DNA of 64,000 nt. Source: a virus. Lineage: Duplodnaviria; Heunggongvirae; Uroviricota; Caudoviricetes. The position numbers were made by a program, and so were the translations under genes. Shown piece by piece: positions 40,388 through 48,722 of the stretch (position 1 is the stretch's first letter; each line of letters begins with the position of its first letter). The stretch lies in IMG/VR virus record IMGVR_UViG_3300032007_000002; one strand, given 5' to 3'. The notes beneath the pieces were generated by a model. That model searched no databases. It saw only the letters and a list, made by a program, of their open reading frames with translations, and was not told the origin of the DNA.

Positions 40388-41529
40388 TCCAGGAAAATAT
40401 GCCGAACCGCTGGCTTAACTGCGCCGTCCCGGGCGTGGCGCTGACGACCTGCATTGGCTCCGTTTACTGCTGGAGCCAGTTCGCCCCCGAGCTCATGAAG
40501 ACTTTCGACTTGTCGAAGGGTGCGGTGAGCGTCGGGTTTACCCTCATCATCTTCTTCCTTGGCATGTGCGCCGCAATCTTCGGTTCGGCCATCGAGAAGA
40601 ACCCGCGCTTCGGTGCGTGGCTGTCCACGATAATCTTCATCACGGGCTTCCTGATGCTCGGGACGTCTGTCCTGATCGAGTCCGTGGCGGCTTTCTACAT
40701 CGCGACCATGTTCATAGGCGCCGGGACGGGCATAGGCTACGTCACGCCGGTAAAGAGCCTGATGAAGTTTTTCGCCGACCACAAGGGGCTTGCGTCCGGG
40801 CTGGCCATTACCGGGTTCGGGCTGGCCAAGTTCATTGCATCCCCGGTCATCGAGTGGCTGCTTGCCACGCTGCCGCTGTATGGCGTGTTCTACGCGCTTG
40901 GCGCGGTATATGCCGTGGTGATGATGCTGTCCAGCCTGTTTATCAGGAAATACCCGTCGGTGGAAATCCCGAAGAACCTTGACTGCTTCCGTTATTCATA
41001 TTTGCTGCGGTCGAGGGAATGGTGGGCCATCTGGTTCATGTTCATGACCAACATCAGCTGTGGCTTGGCGATTATCTCGCAGGAGAAGGGCCTGTTTTCC
41101 GGGCTCGGCATCGCCGCGATAGGCGCCGTCCTGTCAGTCACCGCATTGGCCAACTCCGGCGGTAGGCTGGGGTTCTCCGCGCTTTCCGACCGCATAGGCC
41201 GCAAGGCGTCGTATCATTTCATTTGCAGTTTCGGCATCCTCGGTTCACTGTTCTGCATCACTGGGAGCGTCCCGCTGACCGTGCTCGGCATACTCATGGT
41301 GGAGGCCGCATACGGCGGTAATTTCTCCGGCCTTCCGAGCCTGCTCGCGAAGCGCTTCGGCATCGAGAACGCATCGCGTGTCCATTCCATGACCCTTACC
41401 GGGTGGAGCGTGGGCGGAATTTTCGGCCCGTTGCTCGCGAATAACCTGTCCGGTACCGCGCTCTATGCCGTCCTTGCCGTCCTTTACTTCATTGCGTTCA
41501 CCGTGATGGAAGCCAACGTGAGAAAATAA
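40384..41529 (+). CDS. MFS transporter, oxalate:formate antiporter (OFA)-like family
   Basis: About 12 hydrophobic segments; GSVY.WS.F, G.GIGY.TPV..L.K.F.D.KGLASGLAI.GFG, N..GRL.F..LSD.IGR, YGG.F...P. Confidence 0.88.
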   Translation: MIQENMPNRWLNCAVPGVALTTCIGSVYCWSQFAPELMKTFDLSKGAVSVGFTLIIFFLGMCAAIFGSAIEKNPRFGAWLSTIIFITGFLMLGTSVLIESVAAFYIATMFIGAGTGIGYVTPVKSLMKFFADHKGLASGLAITGFGLAKFIASPVIEWLLATLPLYGVFYALGAVYAVVMMLSSLFIRKYPSVEIPKNLDCFRYSYLLRSREWWAIWFMFMTNISCGLAIISQEKGLFSGLGIAAIGAVLSVTALANSGGRLGFSALSDRIGRKASYHFICSFGILGSLFCITGSVPLTVLGILMVEAAYGGNFSGLPSLLAKRFGIENASRVHSMTLTGWSVGGIFGPLLANNLSGTALYAVLAVLYFIAFTVMEANVRK

Positions 41530-41543
41530 TGTATATTTGGATC

Positions 41544-42176
41544 ATGGTACTCGTTGACGACATGCTCACTGTTCTCGGTTCAATGGCCGCGGTGGTCTTT
41601 GCGCTGATGGGTATTTGTTTCGTCCTGTGGATTGCCGTCCTTGTGTACTGCTCGCTGCATGAGGCCATGGTTTTGCGGGCTGCATGGAGGCGTGGCATGA
41701 AGCTGTTTATTTCCGGTTCGGCATCCATCAAGGTCCTGACCCCGGAGGTCGAGAACGTTATCGACCAGTTCATCGGGAAGGGTGCCGAGATCCTTGTCGG
41801 CGACTGCTATGGTGTCGACTCCGCCGTCCAGCGGTATCTTGCCCGCAGGGAATACAAGAATGTTACCATCTATACGAGTAACTCTACGCCCCGGTGTGAC
41901 TATGTCCCGGGTTGCTGTATCATCTCGTGCAACGGGGAGACCATCGGCCTGCATGGCGAGGCTTTCTATGCGGTAAAGGATGCTGCCATGTGCCGTGACT
42001 GCGACTGCGCCCTCATGCTGTGGGACGGTGTCAGCATAGGCACCAAGAACAATATTGCCCGCGTGAAGGGCGCGGGCAAGCCGTATAAGGTGATTACAGT
42101 AAGCGGTGAGACCAGGGAGCGGATGAACCTTCTCAGACGGGGAGGCGCAGTCCGAGCTCAGGGTGCTCCCGCATGA
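41544..42176 (+). CDS. SLOG/DprA-like Rossmann protein, with an in-frame N-terminal TM extension (second start at 41697)
   Basis: MKLFISGS, ILVGDC.GVD..VQ.YL, KD.AM, WDG.S.GT..NI. Confidence 0.7.
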   Translation: MVLVDDMLTVLGSMAAVVFALMGICFVLWIAVLVYCSLHEAMVLRAAWRRGMKLFISGSASIKVLTPEVENVIDQFIGKGAEILVGDCYGVDSAVQRYLARREYKNVTIYTSNSTPRCDYVPGCCIISCNGETIGLHGEAFYAVKDAAMCRDCDCALMLWDGVSIGTKNNIARVKGAGKPYKVITVSGETRERMNLLRRGGAVRAQGAPA

Positions 42177-42828
42177 ACTCTTTCAGCGCGGCGCCGTAGC
42201 GGAACCTGCTGTATTCGTTCCTGAAAGCAATCTTCTCGTCGCCGTAGTCAATGTTCTCGATTACGTTCTTGGGGATCCTGGCAAGCGGGGTCCCCTTTGC
42301 CATTGCGCGGAGACCGTTCCACTCGTCGTCGTGGAGCATCTTGAAGTAATGGGAGAACCATTCTGTGGGCCAGTCCGCGAGTGAGTGCGGCGGGAATAGC
42401 CGAAGGCCAGCGACCAGCTTCACGCCGACGGTGGACTGCAGCCAGTGGCCGAGGATTGTCTTCGGGTATGCCCTGTGCAGCCGCGTGAGGTAGTCCACCG
42501 TGAACGGGGACACTACGACATCGTCGTCCGTCGTGATGACCGGGATGTCCGGGTATTTCTTCATCGTCGGGTCGAGCTTTTTCAGGGCGCGGGTGTTCTC
42601 CTTGGTCCAGAGGACCTCGAATTTCGGGGAGTTCCGCGTCATGACCTCGATAGCTTCCGGGAGACGGTAGCCTTTGCCGAACTCGTCGGTGGACAGCACC
42701 AGCACGACCTTGTATTTGAAGAAGGTCCGCTGCGTGAGCCAGCGTGCGAGGACGCGGGGGAGTTCCGGGCAGTTGATCCGCCCGGACCAGGTCGTCAGGG
42801 AGACTACGATGTCTAGCGGTTCAGCCAT
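42133..42828 (-). CDS. GT-A fold glycosyltransferase (paralogue of 34728-35390)
   Basis: SLTTW..RI, KKL.P....YPD.PVITTDDD, HDD. Confidence 0.8.
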   Translation of the reverse strand: MAEPLDIVVSLTTWSGRINCPELPRVLARWLTQRTFFKYKVVLVLSTDEFGKGYRLPEAIEVMTRNSPKFEVLWTKENTRALKKLDPTMKKYPDIPVITTDDDVVVSPFTVDYLTRLHRAYPKTILGHWLQSTVGVKLVAGLRLFPPHSLADWPTEWFSHYFKMLHDDEWNGLRAMAKGTPLARIPKNVIENIDYGDEKIAFRNEYSRFRYGAALKEFMREHPELGLRLPV

Positions 42829-43682
42829 TTGGCAATCGCGTCCTTCTTGGAATAGAAGTATGATTCCCAAATCTGGGTGACGTTGTCCAGGTTCTTGCTG
42901 GAGATGTCGTCCATCTTCGGTTTCTTTTGGACATACGGGCGCACGGCGAGCACGTTGTTTTCGCCGATGATGGACTTGACTTCGTATTCCCCGGACTTGC
43001 TGGAACGGGCCACCCAGTCGGAGAAGATGTATTCCGCCCAGCCGACGAGGGTCTTGTTGCCGCTGTCGGTGTTCGGGGTGTCCATGCCGGTTTCGAGGTC
43101 GAGGACCTTGAAGTTGGACCACCCGGATTTCAGGAGGCCCGCGTTGAGGACATCGACCGGGGAGTTCTTCCACATGCCGCCGTCGATGTAGCAGTTCTTG
43201 TCGCTGTCGTAAACGCAGTCGAAGTAGGTCGGGGCTGCGGTACTTGTCAACACTGCGAACCACTTATCAACATCTTTGTCACCAAGATCCCACACCTTTT
43301 CAACGGACGAGCCGTTCATGCAGGTGGACGGGATATAGACCGGCTTCTTCCAGGTCCCGATTTTGCCCGTGAACTTCTCCTGCAATAGCTTCTTGAGGTT
43401 AGAGTTGTTGTAGGTCGGGCACTTCGGTTTGAGGCGCTGCAATACGCCATACTTCGTGAAAATCTTTTTCAGGTTGCTGCGGTAGAGGTCGTACAGGTCA
43501 TGCGCGGAATAGCCTTCCGCGAACCCGGCAGCGATGATTGCGCCGGTTGATGTGCCGGCGTATGCCTGCGCGATGTCGGGAATTTTCTTCCCGATGAGCT
43601 GTTCGACTTTGCAGAGGAAGGCCAGGGGGCCGATGCCTAGCGCACCGCCACCGGCGACGGAGATGACGAGTTGACGTCCCAT
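42813..43682 (-). CDS. patatin-like phospholipase
   Basis: GGGALG oxyanion loop, GTSTG nucleophile, AAPTYF, DGG. Confidence 0.92.
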   Translation of the reverse strand: MGRQLVISVAGGGALGIGPLAFLCKVEQLIGKKIPDIAQAYAGTSTGAIIAAGFAEGYSAHDLYDLYRSNLKKIFTKYGVLQRLKPKCPTYNNSNLKKLLQEKFTGKIGTWKKPVYIPSTCMNGSSVEKVWDLGDKDVDKWFAVLTSTAAPTYFDCVYDSDKNCYIDGGMWKNSPVDVLNAGLLKSGWSNFKVLDLETGMDTPNTDSGNKTLVGWAEYIFSDWVARSSKSGEYEVKSIIGENNVLAVRPYVQKKPKMDDISSKNLDNVTQIWESYFYSKKDAIAKWLNR

Positions 43683-43685
43683 TGA

Positions 43686-43961
43686 TTATCCTTTCATGTG
43701 TTTAAACTTGCGCATCTGAACGAGATGCTCGTCGGCAGCCTCCTTGCTCGGATGGCTGCTCAGGATTTCGCCCGTCTCGTGGGATTCGATGACCCACGGG
43801 GCATCCTCACCCTTCGAGTTCTTGTGGCCTTCGCGATATACAACCGTTTCTATGAGCGGTTCGCCGAAGATGGCGTATGCGGCCTTGCCGAACGCATCTA
43901 CGAGGACATTGTCGTCGCAGTCACTGCGGGCTGCTTCTACGAGCTTGTCTATCTCTTCCAT
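43686..43961 (-). CDS. small protein with AIF leader, candidate internal head protein
   Basis: Leader DDNVLVDAFGKAAYAIFG..LIE; basic C-terminal mini-domain. Confidence 0.65.
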   Translation of the reverse strand: MEEIDKLVEAARSDCDDNVLVDAFGKAAYAIFGEPLIETVVYREGHKNSKGEDAPWVIESHETGEILSSHPSKEAADEHLVQMRKFKHMKG

Positions 43962-43966
43962 AAACG

Positions 43967-44001
43967 AAAAAACTAGGGGTGTATTCAGCCCCTAGTTTAT
44001 A
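43967..44001 (-). terminator. terminator hairpin overlapping a late promoter
   Basis: 10-bp inverted repeat AAACTAGGGG/CCCCTAGTTT plus U-tract on minus strand; TATAAACTA at 43993-44001. Confidence 0.7.
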
Positions 44002-44037
44002 GACCCAGTCGGGTATCGAAATAGTGACTTGGCGGTA

Positions 44038-45522
44038 TTACTTCTTGGAGCACTTCACCGCGAAAGCGTCGTAAGTGTTGTCCGGGTGCACCACGATTGC
44101 AACGCCGGAGCACCAGTTGACCCACGGGCTGTTGCCCGTCTGGTTGTACTGGAGACCGGTTACACCGGCCTGCATGCAGCCGATGTAGTAGTCGCTCGTG
44201 ATGAAGAAGTTAAGCCGTTTGCCGAACTTGTCCGCCGCGTTGATGATCTCGTTGATGAACTGCTGCGTGTCGGAGACAATCTGGCTGCGGGCTTCGTCCG
44301 CGCTGGAAACCCCGAAGTAGGTCGTGAGTTCGTCCTGGGTGAGGTTCTCCGGCTGGTTGGCGTATTTCTTCAAAAGCTCGGTGGTGCCGGATGCCGGTCT
44401 GGATTTCAGGTACCGGTAGCCTTCCAGGAGCTCCTGGTCGATTGTGATGCCCGAGTAGTCGGATGCCGAGCTGTCGGTGTCGCCGCGCCCTTCCGCGATG
44501 CACTGTGCGGTATGCTGTGTGCGGATGAGCTCGGTCGCGAAGTAGTGCGCGTCGTTGGTCTCGAACGGGATCGTGCAGGTGGCGTATGAGGATGACGGTG
44601 CGTTGCCGTAGGCAAGCTGCGTGCCTATCGACTTCGCGTGGGCGATGCCGGTGCTGTTGATGTCGGTGGTGGAGCTACCGTCGCTGTCGCGTTCGGCGTG
44701 CCTGATCACATAGATGAGGCGGTCGCCCTCGGAAAGCCACGGCTTGTCGCTGTCGGTCGTCTTTTCCGGGTCACGCATGATTGCGGCGTAGTAGAAGGTG
44801 TGCTCCTTCGTCATGTTTTGTGACTGGTCCATGAGGAACGCGCGGACATATTCAACCAGTTCTTCCGGGATTTCCGGCTCTTCTGTCGGTTCTGTCGTGA
44901 AGATGAGCTCGTCGCCGCTCGCATACTCGATTGAGTCAGCGGCATCAAGCATGTCGATGTACTTCTGCTTGCGTTCTTCCGTAAGGAACGGGTCGGTGTC
45001 GAGCGCCTGGAAAACGACCTTCGCTTCGCGGAATGAACCGGTAAGCACCAGTGTGTAGGCCGGCGCTAACTTCTCGGCGATTTCCAGCGGGGTGATGCCA
45101 ATGAATTTCGTGAGGATGCACTCTTCCTTGAAGAGGGCTATCATCTCATTCGCCACTTCTATATTGTAGTCAACCTCGCCCGCCACGCCGTCGATTGCCG
45201 CGATGCGGGATGCGTTGGAATTGTATTCAACCTCGAAGCGGACCTTGTCGACTGGCTTGCCCAAGAAGTCAAGGACTGTGTGCTCGTCGTAGTTTTCGAT
45301 GATGTCCGCCGCGGAGTTCGTCCAGAAATCTTTGTTGTTGTATATGCACTGGTCGTCAACATACACAACACGGGAAAGGTATTTCATGTCGGTATCCTCT
45401 GTGAAAATGAAGTCGGCCTCGTCGCGGTTGTCATACTTGATTGCGTCCTTGAGCATGAAGAGGCTGGCGGACTGGTATGCAATTTCGCGGGTGGCTTTGT
45501 CAAGCGCGTAGAACTGTTTCAC
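44038..45522 (-). CDS. fibre-associated helical domain fused to a histidine phosphatase domain
   Basis: YVIRHAER (RHxE motif), G..HA..IG, R...TA..IA. Confidence 0.72.
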   Translation of the reverse strand: MKQFYALDKATREIAYQSASLFMLKDAIKYDNRDEADFIFTEDTDMKYLSRVVYVDDQCIYNNKDFWTNSAADIIENYDEHTVLDFLGKPVDKVRFEVEYNSNASRIAAIDGVAGEVDYNIEVANEMIALFKEECILTKFIGITPLEIAEKLAPAYTLVLTGSFREAKVVFQALDTDPFLTEERKQKYIDMLDAADSIEYASGDELIFTTEPTEEPEIPEELVEYVRAFLMDQSQNMTKEHTFYYAAIMRDPEKTTDSDKPWLSEGDRLIYVIRHAERDSDGSSTTDINSTGIAHAKSIGTQLAYGNAPSSSYATCTIPFETNDAHYFATELIRTQHTAQCIAEGRGDTDSSASDYSGITIDQELLEGYRYLKSRPASGTTELLKKYANQPENLTQDELTTYFGVSSADEARSQIVSDTQQFINEIINAADKFGKRLNFFITSDYYIGCMQAGVTGLQYNQTGNSPWVNWCSGVAIVVHPDNTYDAFAVKCSKK

Positions 45523-45524
45523 GG

Positions 45525-47120
45525 TTAAACCTCCATACCGTTTAGTTCAAGGTAAAACTTCTGGTCAGTGTAAAGCGTTGCCGACCTGACCCCGTCGGAT
45601 TGGTAGGTATTGTCGTAAGCGGCGGATGCGAGGTCTGCTGCTGTCCCGACGTGGTTGATGGCATCCTCCAGCGGCACTTCGGTGACTGCCGAAAAGAGCG
45701 AGACGATGTCGAAGAATGTGGGGATGGTTTGCTGGCCTGTGCTAGTGTCGCCAACTAGGGTGAATGCGGAACCGGTATAGACATAAATGCCGGGGTTGTG
45801 ATGGTCGTCTGGATATTGCCCGGTTTCGTTCAGGTAATAGATACAGTTGGCTGTCCATTCTGTGTAGGAAGTGCCGTAACCCGCATCGTTTGGACCGAAA
45901 TCTACGGTATATCCCGATTTGAGCGTAAATACATCGCCGGTATGGTCGGCATAGTAGAAAGAACCAGTTGCGCCGACGGCCTTGTTTGTGCCATCCGCTA
46001 CGTAGCTCTTGTTGATAAGGGCAATCAGCGCTTCCATGTAATTGCTGTAATCGCCGAAGTTGATTTCTTCCGGGACATCTACGCTGGCAATCTTCCGGTA
46101 AATCCTGTTTTGCGTCAAGTAAGGGCTGACGTTGCTGCCGGTGTAGATTGCGTATTCGTACAGTGCGAGGTCATTGAGAAGGCCCTTGGCCGTTGACTTC
46201 ATGCCAGCATACTGCAACGGATCGAGCGATGCCTTGCGGGTGTAGATGTGGTTGTCTTCAAGGACGTTTTGTCCGCCTTCGTTGTAGTTCCATCCGGTGT
46301 AGCGGAATACATAGTTTGAGGCTGTGCTTAGAATTGTGTCCTTTGCCGCAATGGGGAGACTGGTGCCGGCCGTTCCGACCGGGCCGATGTATGGTCCGGT
46401 GGCGGCAGAATTTCTTATGTAGATTGTTCCCGATGAGAGGCTGTTGAAGCTCCCCGTCCAACGGCGGAAAACACCGGCGGTAGTCGCAATGAACGTGTCG
46501 ATGCTATCGGTTTCCCCATAATAGCCGGCCGTATTGTTGATGTCGGCGATGCTCTTGCTCTGGGCCTGGCCATGCGTCCATTTTAGGTAGTTGCCGTGCC
46601 ATCCGCTAATGGCTTCCGGCTTGAACGAGGCATTGTTATTGGTGTACTGGATGTAATACTTGTAGCCTTTTTTGAGGGTCACGCCGGACACAGCGGCAAG
46701 CCGGCGGTAGCCATTCTTGCCGAACATGGTCTCGCTTGAAATCGTGTCGCCGCTAACTTTTGCGACAACGAGGCCGCTCTCGTGGAAGATGGCCACGTTT
46801 ACCGAGGTAGATGATTCGGACGTTTCCGTGAATATCGCCAGGTTGCTGAGGTTGATGTCCTCTACCGGGACGTATTCAATCGTGACCGCATCGTTGGTTT
46901 CGGCAAGCGATATGTCTGTCGTCCACACGATGTATTTTTCCAGGTCGGCTGCGGACTGGACAGTCGCGCCCGGCGGGATCATGTAGACACGGTCAATGTC
47001 CACGAGGTCATTGGACCCCCCGTTCTTTTTGAGGAACTTGATGCCGTAGGTGTCGGCATTTGGGTTCCCCCTGCTCGGGAAATGGCAGGCTATCTTGCCC
47101 CAGTGAGTTTTTGTTCCCAT
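45525..47120 (-). CDS. probable fibre-tip/receptor-binding protein
   Basis: 531 aa, Y/T/G-rich, in the fibre operon. Confidence 0.55.
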   Translation of the reverse strand: MGTKTHWGKIACHFPSRGNPNADTYGIKFLKKNGGSNDLVDIDRVYMIPPGATVQSAADLEKYIVWTTDISLAETNDAVTIEYVPVEDINLSNLAIFTETSESSTSVNVAIFHESGLVVAKVSGDTISSETMFGKNGYRRLAAVSGVTLKKGYKYYIQYTNNNASFKPEAISGWHGNYLKWTHGQAQSKSIADINNTAGYYGETDSIDTFIATTAGVFRRWTGSFNSLSSGTIYIRNSAATGPYIGPVGTAGTSLPIAAKDTILSTASNYVFRYTGWNYNEGGQNVLEDNHIYTRKASLDPLQYAGMKSTAKGLLNDLALYEYAIYTGSNVSPYLTQNRIYRKIASVDVPEEINFGDYSNYMEALIALINKSYVADGTNKAVGATGSFYYADHTGDVFTLKSGYTVDFGPNDAGYGTSYTEWTANCIYYLNETGQYPDDHHNPGIYVYTGSAFTLVGDTSTGQQTIPTFFDIVSLFSAVTEVPLEDAINHVGTAADLASAAYDNTYQSDGVRSATLYTDQKFYLELNGMEV

Positions 47121-47121
47121 G

Positions 47122-48372
47122 CTAGACTCCCGTTATGCGGAAGAACAGCGTCCCCTTTCCGCCGATGTCTGAACTGTGGTTCTGGACGATGTCAATGATT
47201 TGCGAGTCGCTCTCGACGACGAACAGCTGCTGCGGGAGCAGGGCCGGGGTTCCCGTTTCGATGGGGTTTACCTTGCACTGGACGGCATTGTCAATATTTG
47301 CCTTGTCCGATGCAGTGACTACGCCGGTGTTTCCGCTGGAGCCAGATGCCGGGGCGGTAGCAAGCGGGATGGTGGCCTTCTTGTTGGTGATGCTCACGTC
47401 CGCGCTGTCGTTTTCGAGACGGATGGATTCGATGACGTTCGTTTCGCCACCGCCACCACCGCCGGACACCCAGTCGAGCGTGCCGTTTGCATCGACTACG
47501 CCGAGTACCTTGCCGTTGTCGTTTGCATCCGGTGTAGGCCATGTTGTAGTAAGCCAAGTGTTGAAATCACCAATTTGTTCCTTTTCCGCACCGCTGAGGA
47601 GACCAGCGGTTCCGCCGGCTCCTCCCGATGCCGCGGTTGCGAGGGGGACTGTCACTATCTTGGTGGTAGAATCCGGGGTAAGCGGATCGGATGCGCCATA
47701 CAGCTTGACGCCGTTGATGACGTTCATTTCGCCACCGCCACCACCGCCACCGGTAGAGCTGAACGTGAGTGTCTTGTCGCCGGTTGTTGCGTCCGTGGAT
47801 ATTGCAATCGTGACGTTGTTGCCTTCGGCAAAGATGAGCTTCCCGGATTCGCCCGGGGTGACCTCCGTGTCGGTCCCGCTAATCTTTGCATAGATTGAGC
47901 TGAACAGCGCATCGAGCTTTACCTTGTCAACCGCGGACATGAAGCCGGACTTTGCCGGGACATTTACTGTCTGGCCTGGGTCGTTCGGGTCTTCCTCAGT
48001 AGTCGCGTTCTGTGCGCACGGGGCATAAATCCACGGGTCGTCGCTCGGGTTCGTGGGGAGGCTGGCGATGGACGTAATCGAGCTGTCGGCTTCCTCGATT
48101 GCCAGGTGGACTGTCCGGTTGGCAGGCACCGCGATGTTGACCGACTTGTCGTTCGGGTCAATCGTCGCTGCGGTCCCGTTCACCTTGACCATCTCGATGA
48201 CGTTTTCTTGCGCATTGCCGGGGAGGTTGGCGAGCTTTTCGATAAGTTCGGTACTGACGACGTCCTTGCCTTCCTTGGCTTCCTGTGCGCTGATTTGTGA
48301 GCGGACGCGGGCCTGCTCGGTAGCGTCGAGGGTCTGTTCGTTGTAGCGGACACTAGGATTTACAAAAGACAT
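47122..48372 (-). CDS. tail fibre protein with internal repeats
   Basis: Three NVI..V..NG-type repeats, two poly-Gly hinges, G.MS..DK.KLD fibre motifs. Confidence 0.7.
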   Translation of the reverse strand: MSFVNPSVRYNEQTLDATEQARVRSQISAQEAKEGKDVVSTELIEKLANLPGNAQENVIEMVKVNGTAATIDPNDKSVNIAVPANRTVHLAIEEADSSITSIASLPTNPSDDPWIYAPCAQNATTEEDPNDPGQTVNVPAKSGFMSAVDKVKLDALFSSIYAKISGTDTEVTPGESGKLIFAEGNNVTIAISTDATTGDKTLTFSSTGGGGGGGEMNVINGVKLYGASDPLTPDSTTKIVTVPLATAASGGAGGTAGLLSGAEKEQIGDFNTWLTTTWPTPDANDNGKVLGVVDANGTLDWVSGGGGGGETNVIESIRLENDSADVSITNKKATIPLATAPASGSSGNTGVVTASDKANIDNAVQCKVNPIETGTPALLPQQLFVVESDSQIIDIVQNHSSDIGGKGTLFFRITGV

Positions 48373-48713
48373 TATGCTTCCTCCTTATTGGGAAGTTGAC
48401 GGTCTTCTCCTTCTTGGAGGGATTTTAACAGCCATTCCTGGATTTTTTCCAGGCCCGAAATTGAAATCTGGTTGATTTTCGTGATGGCCGAATCGAACAG
48501 CCCGAGCTGGATGTAGGGGACTACGTCCTTGATGTAGGGGTCGAAGTCGAGGCCTTCATACTGTGGGAGCTGCTTGATGAAGTCGTTGATTATGACCTGG
48601 CCGATGTACTGGTTCCATTCCAGGCCGGTCTTTCCGTGGCTTTCGTAGAGGACCGTGCCGTTGGGGCCGGACTGGTTCCGCATGAGTTCCTGTCTGTTGT
48701 AAGTAGTAAGCAT
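48372..48713 (-). CDS. small fibre-associated protein (possible assembly chaperone)
   Basis: 113 aa between two fibre genes, GAGG RBS. Confidence 0.55.
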   Translation of the reverse strand: MLTTYNRQELMRNQSGPNGTVLYESHGKTGLEWNQYIGQVIINDFIKQLPQYEGLDFDPYIKDVVPYIQLGLFDSAITKINQISISGLEKIQEWLLKSLQEGEDRQLPNKEEA

Positions 48714-48722
48714 GGTTCCTCG

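Noticed and set aside
42813-43682. CBASS operon
   Set aside because: Patatin is present but there is no CD-NTase or Cap2/Cap3 neighbour
47440-47755. CCGCCACCG repeats as a DNA-level repeat element
   Set aside because: They encode poly-Gly hinges in fibre proteins
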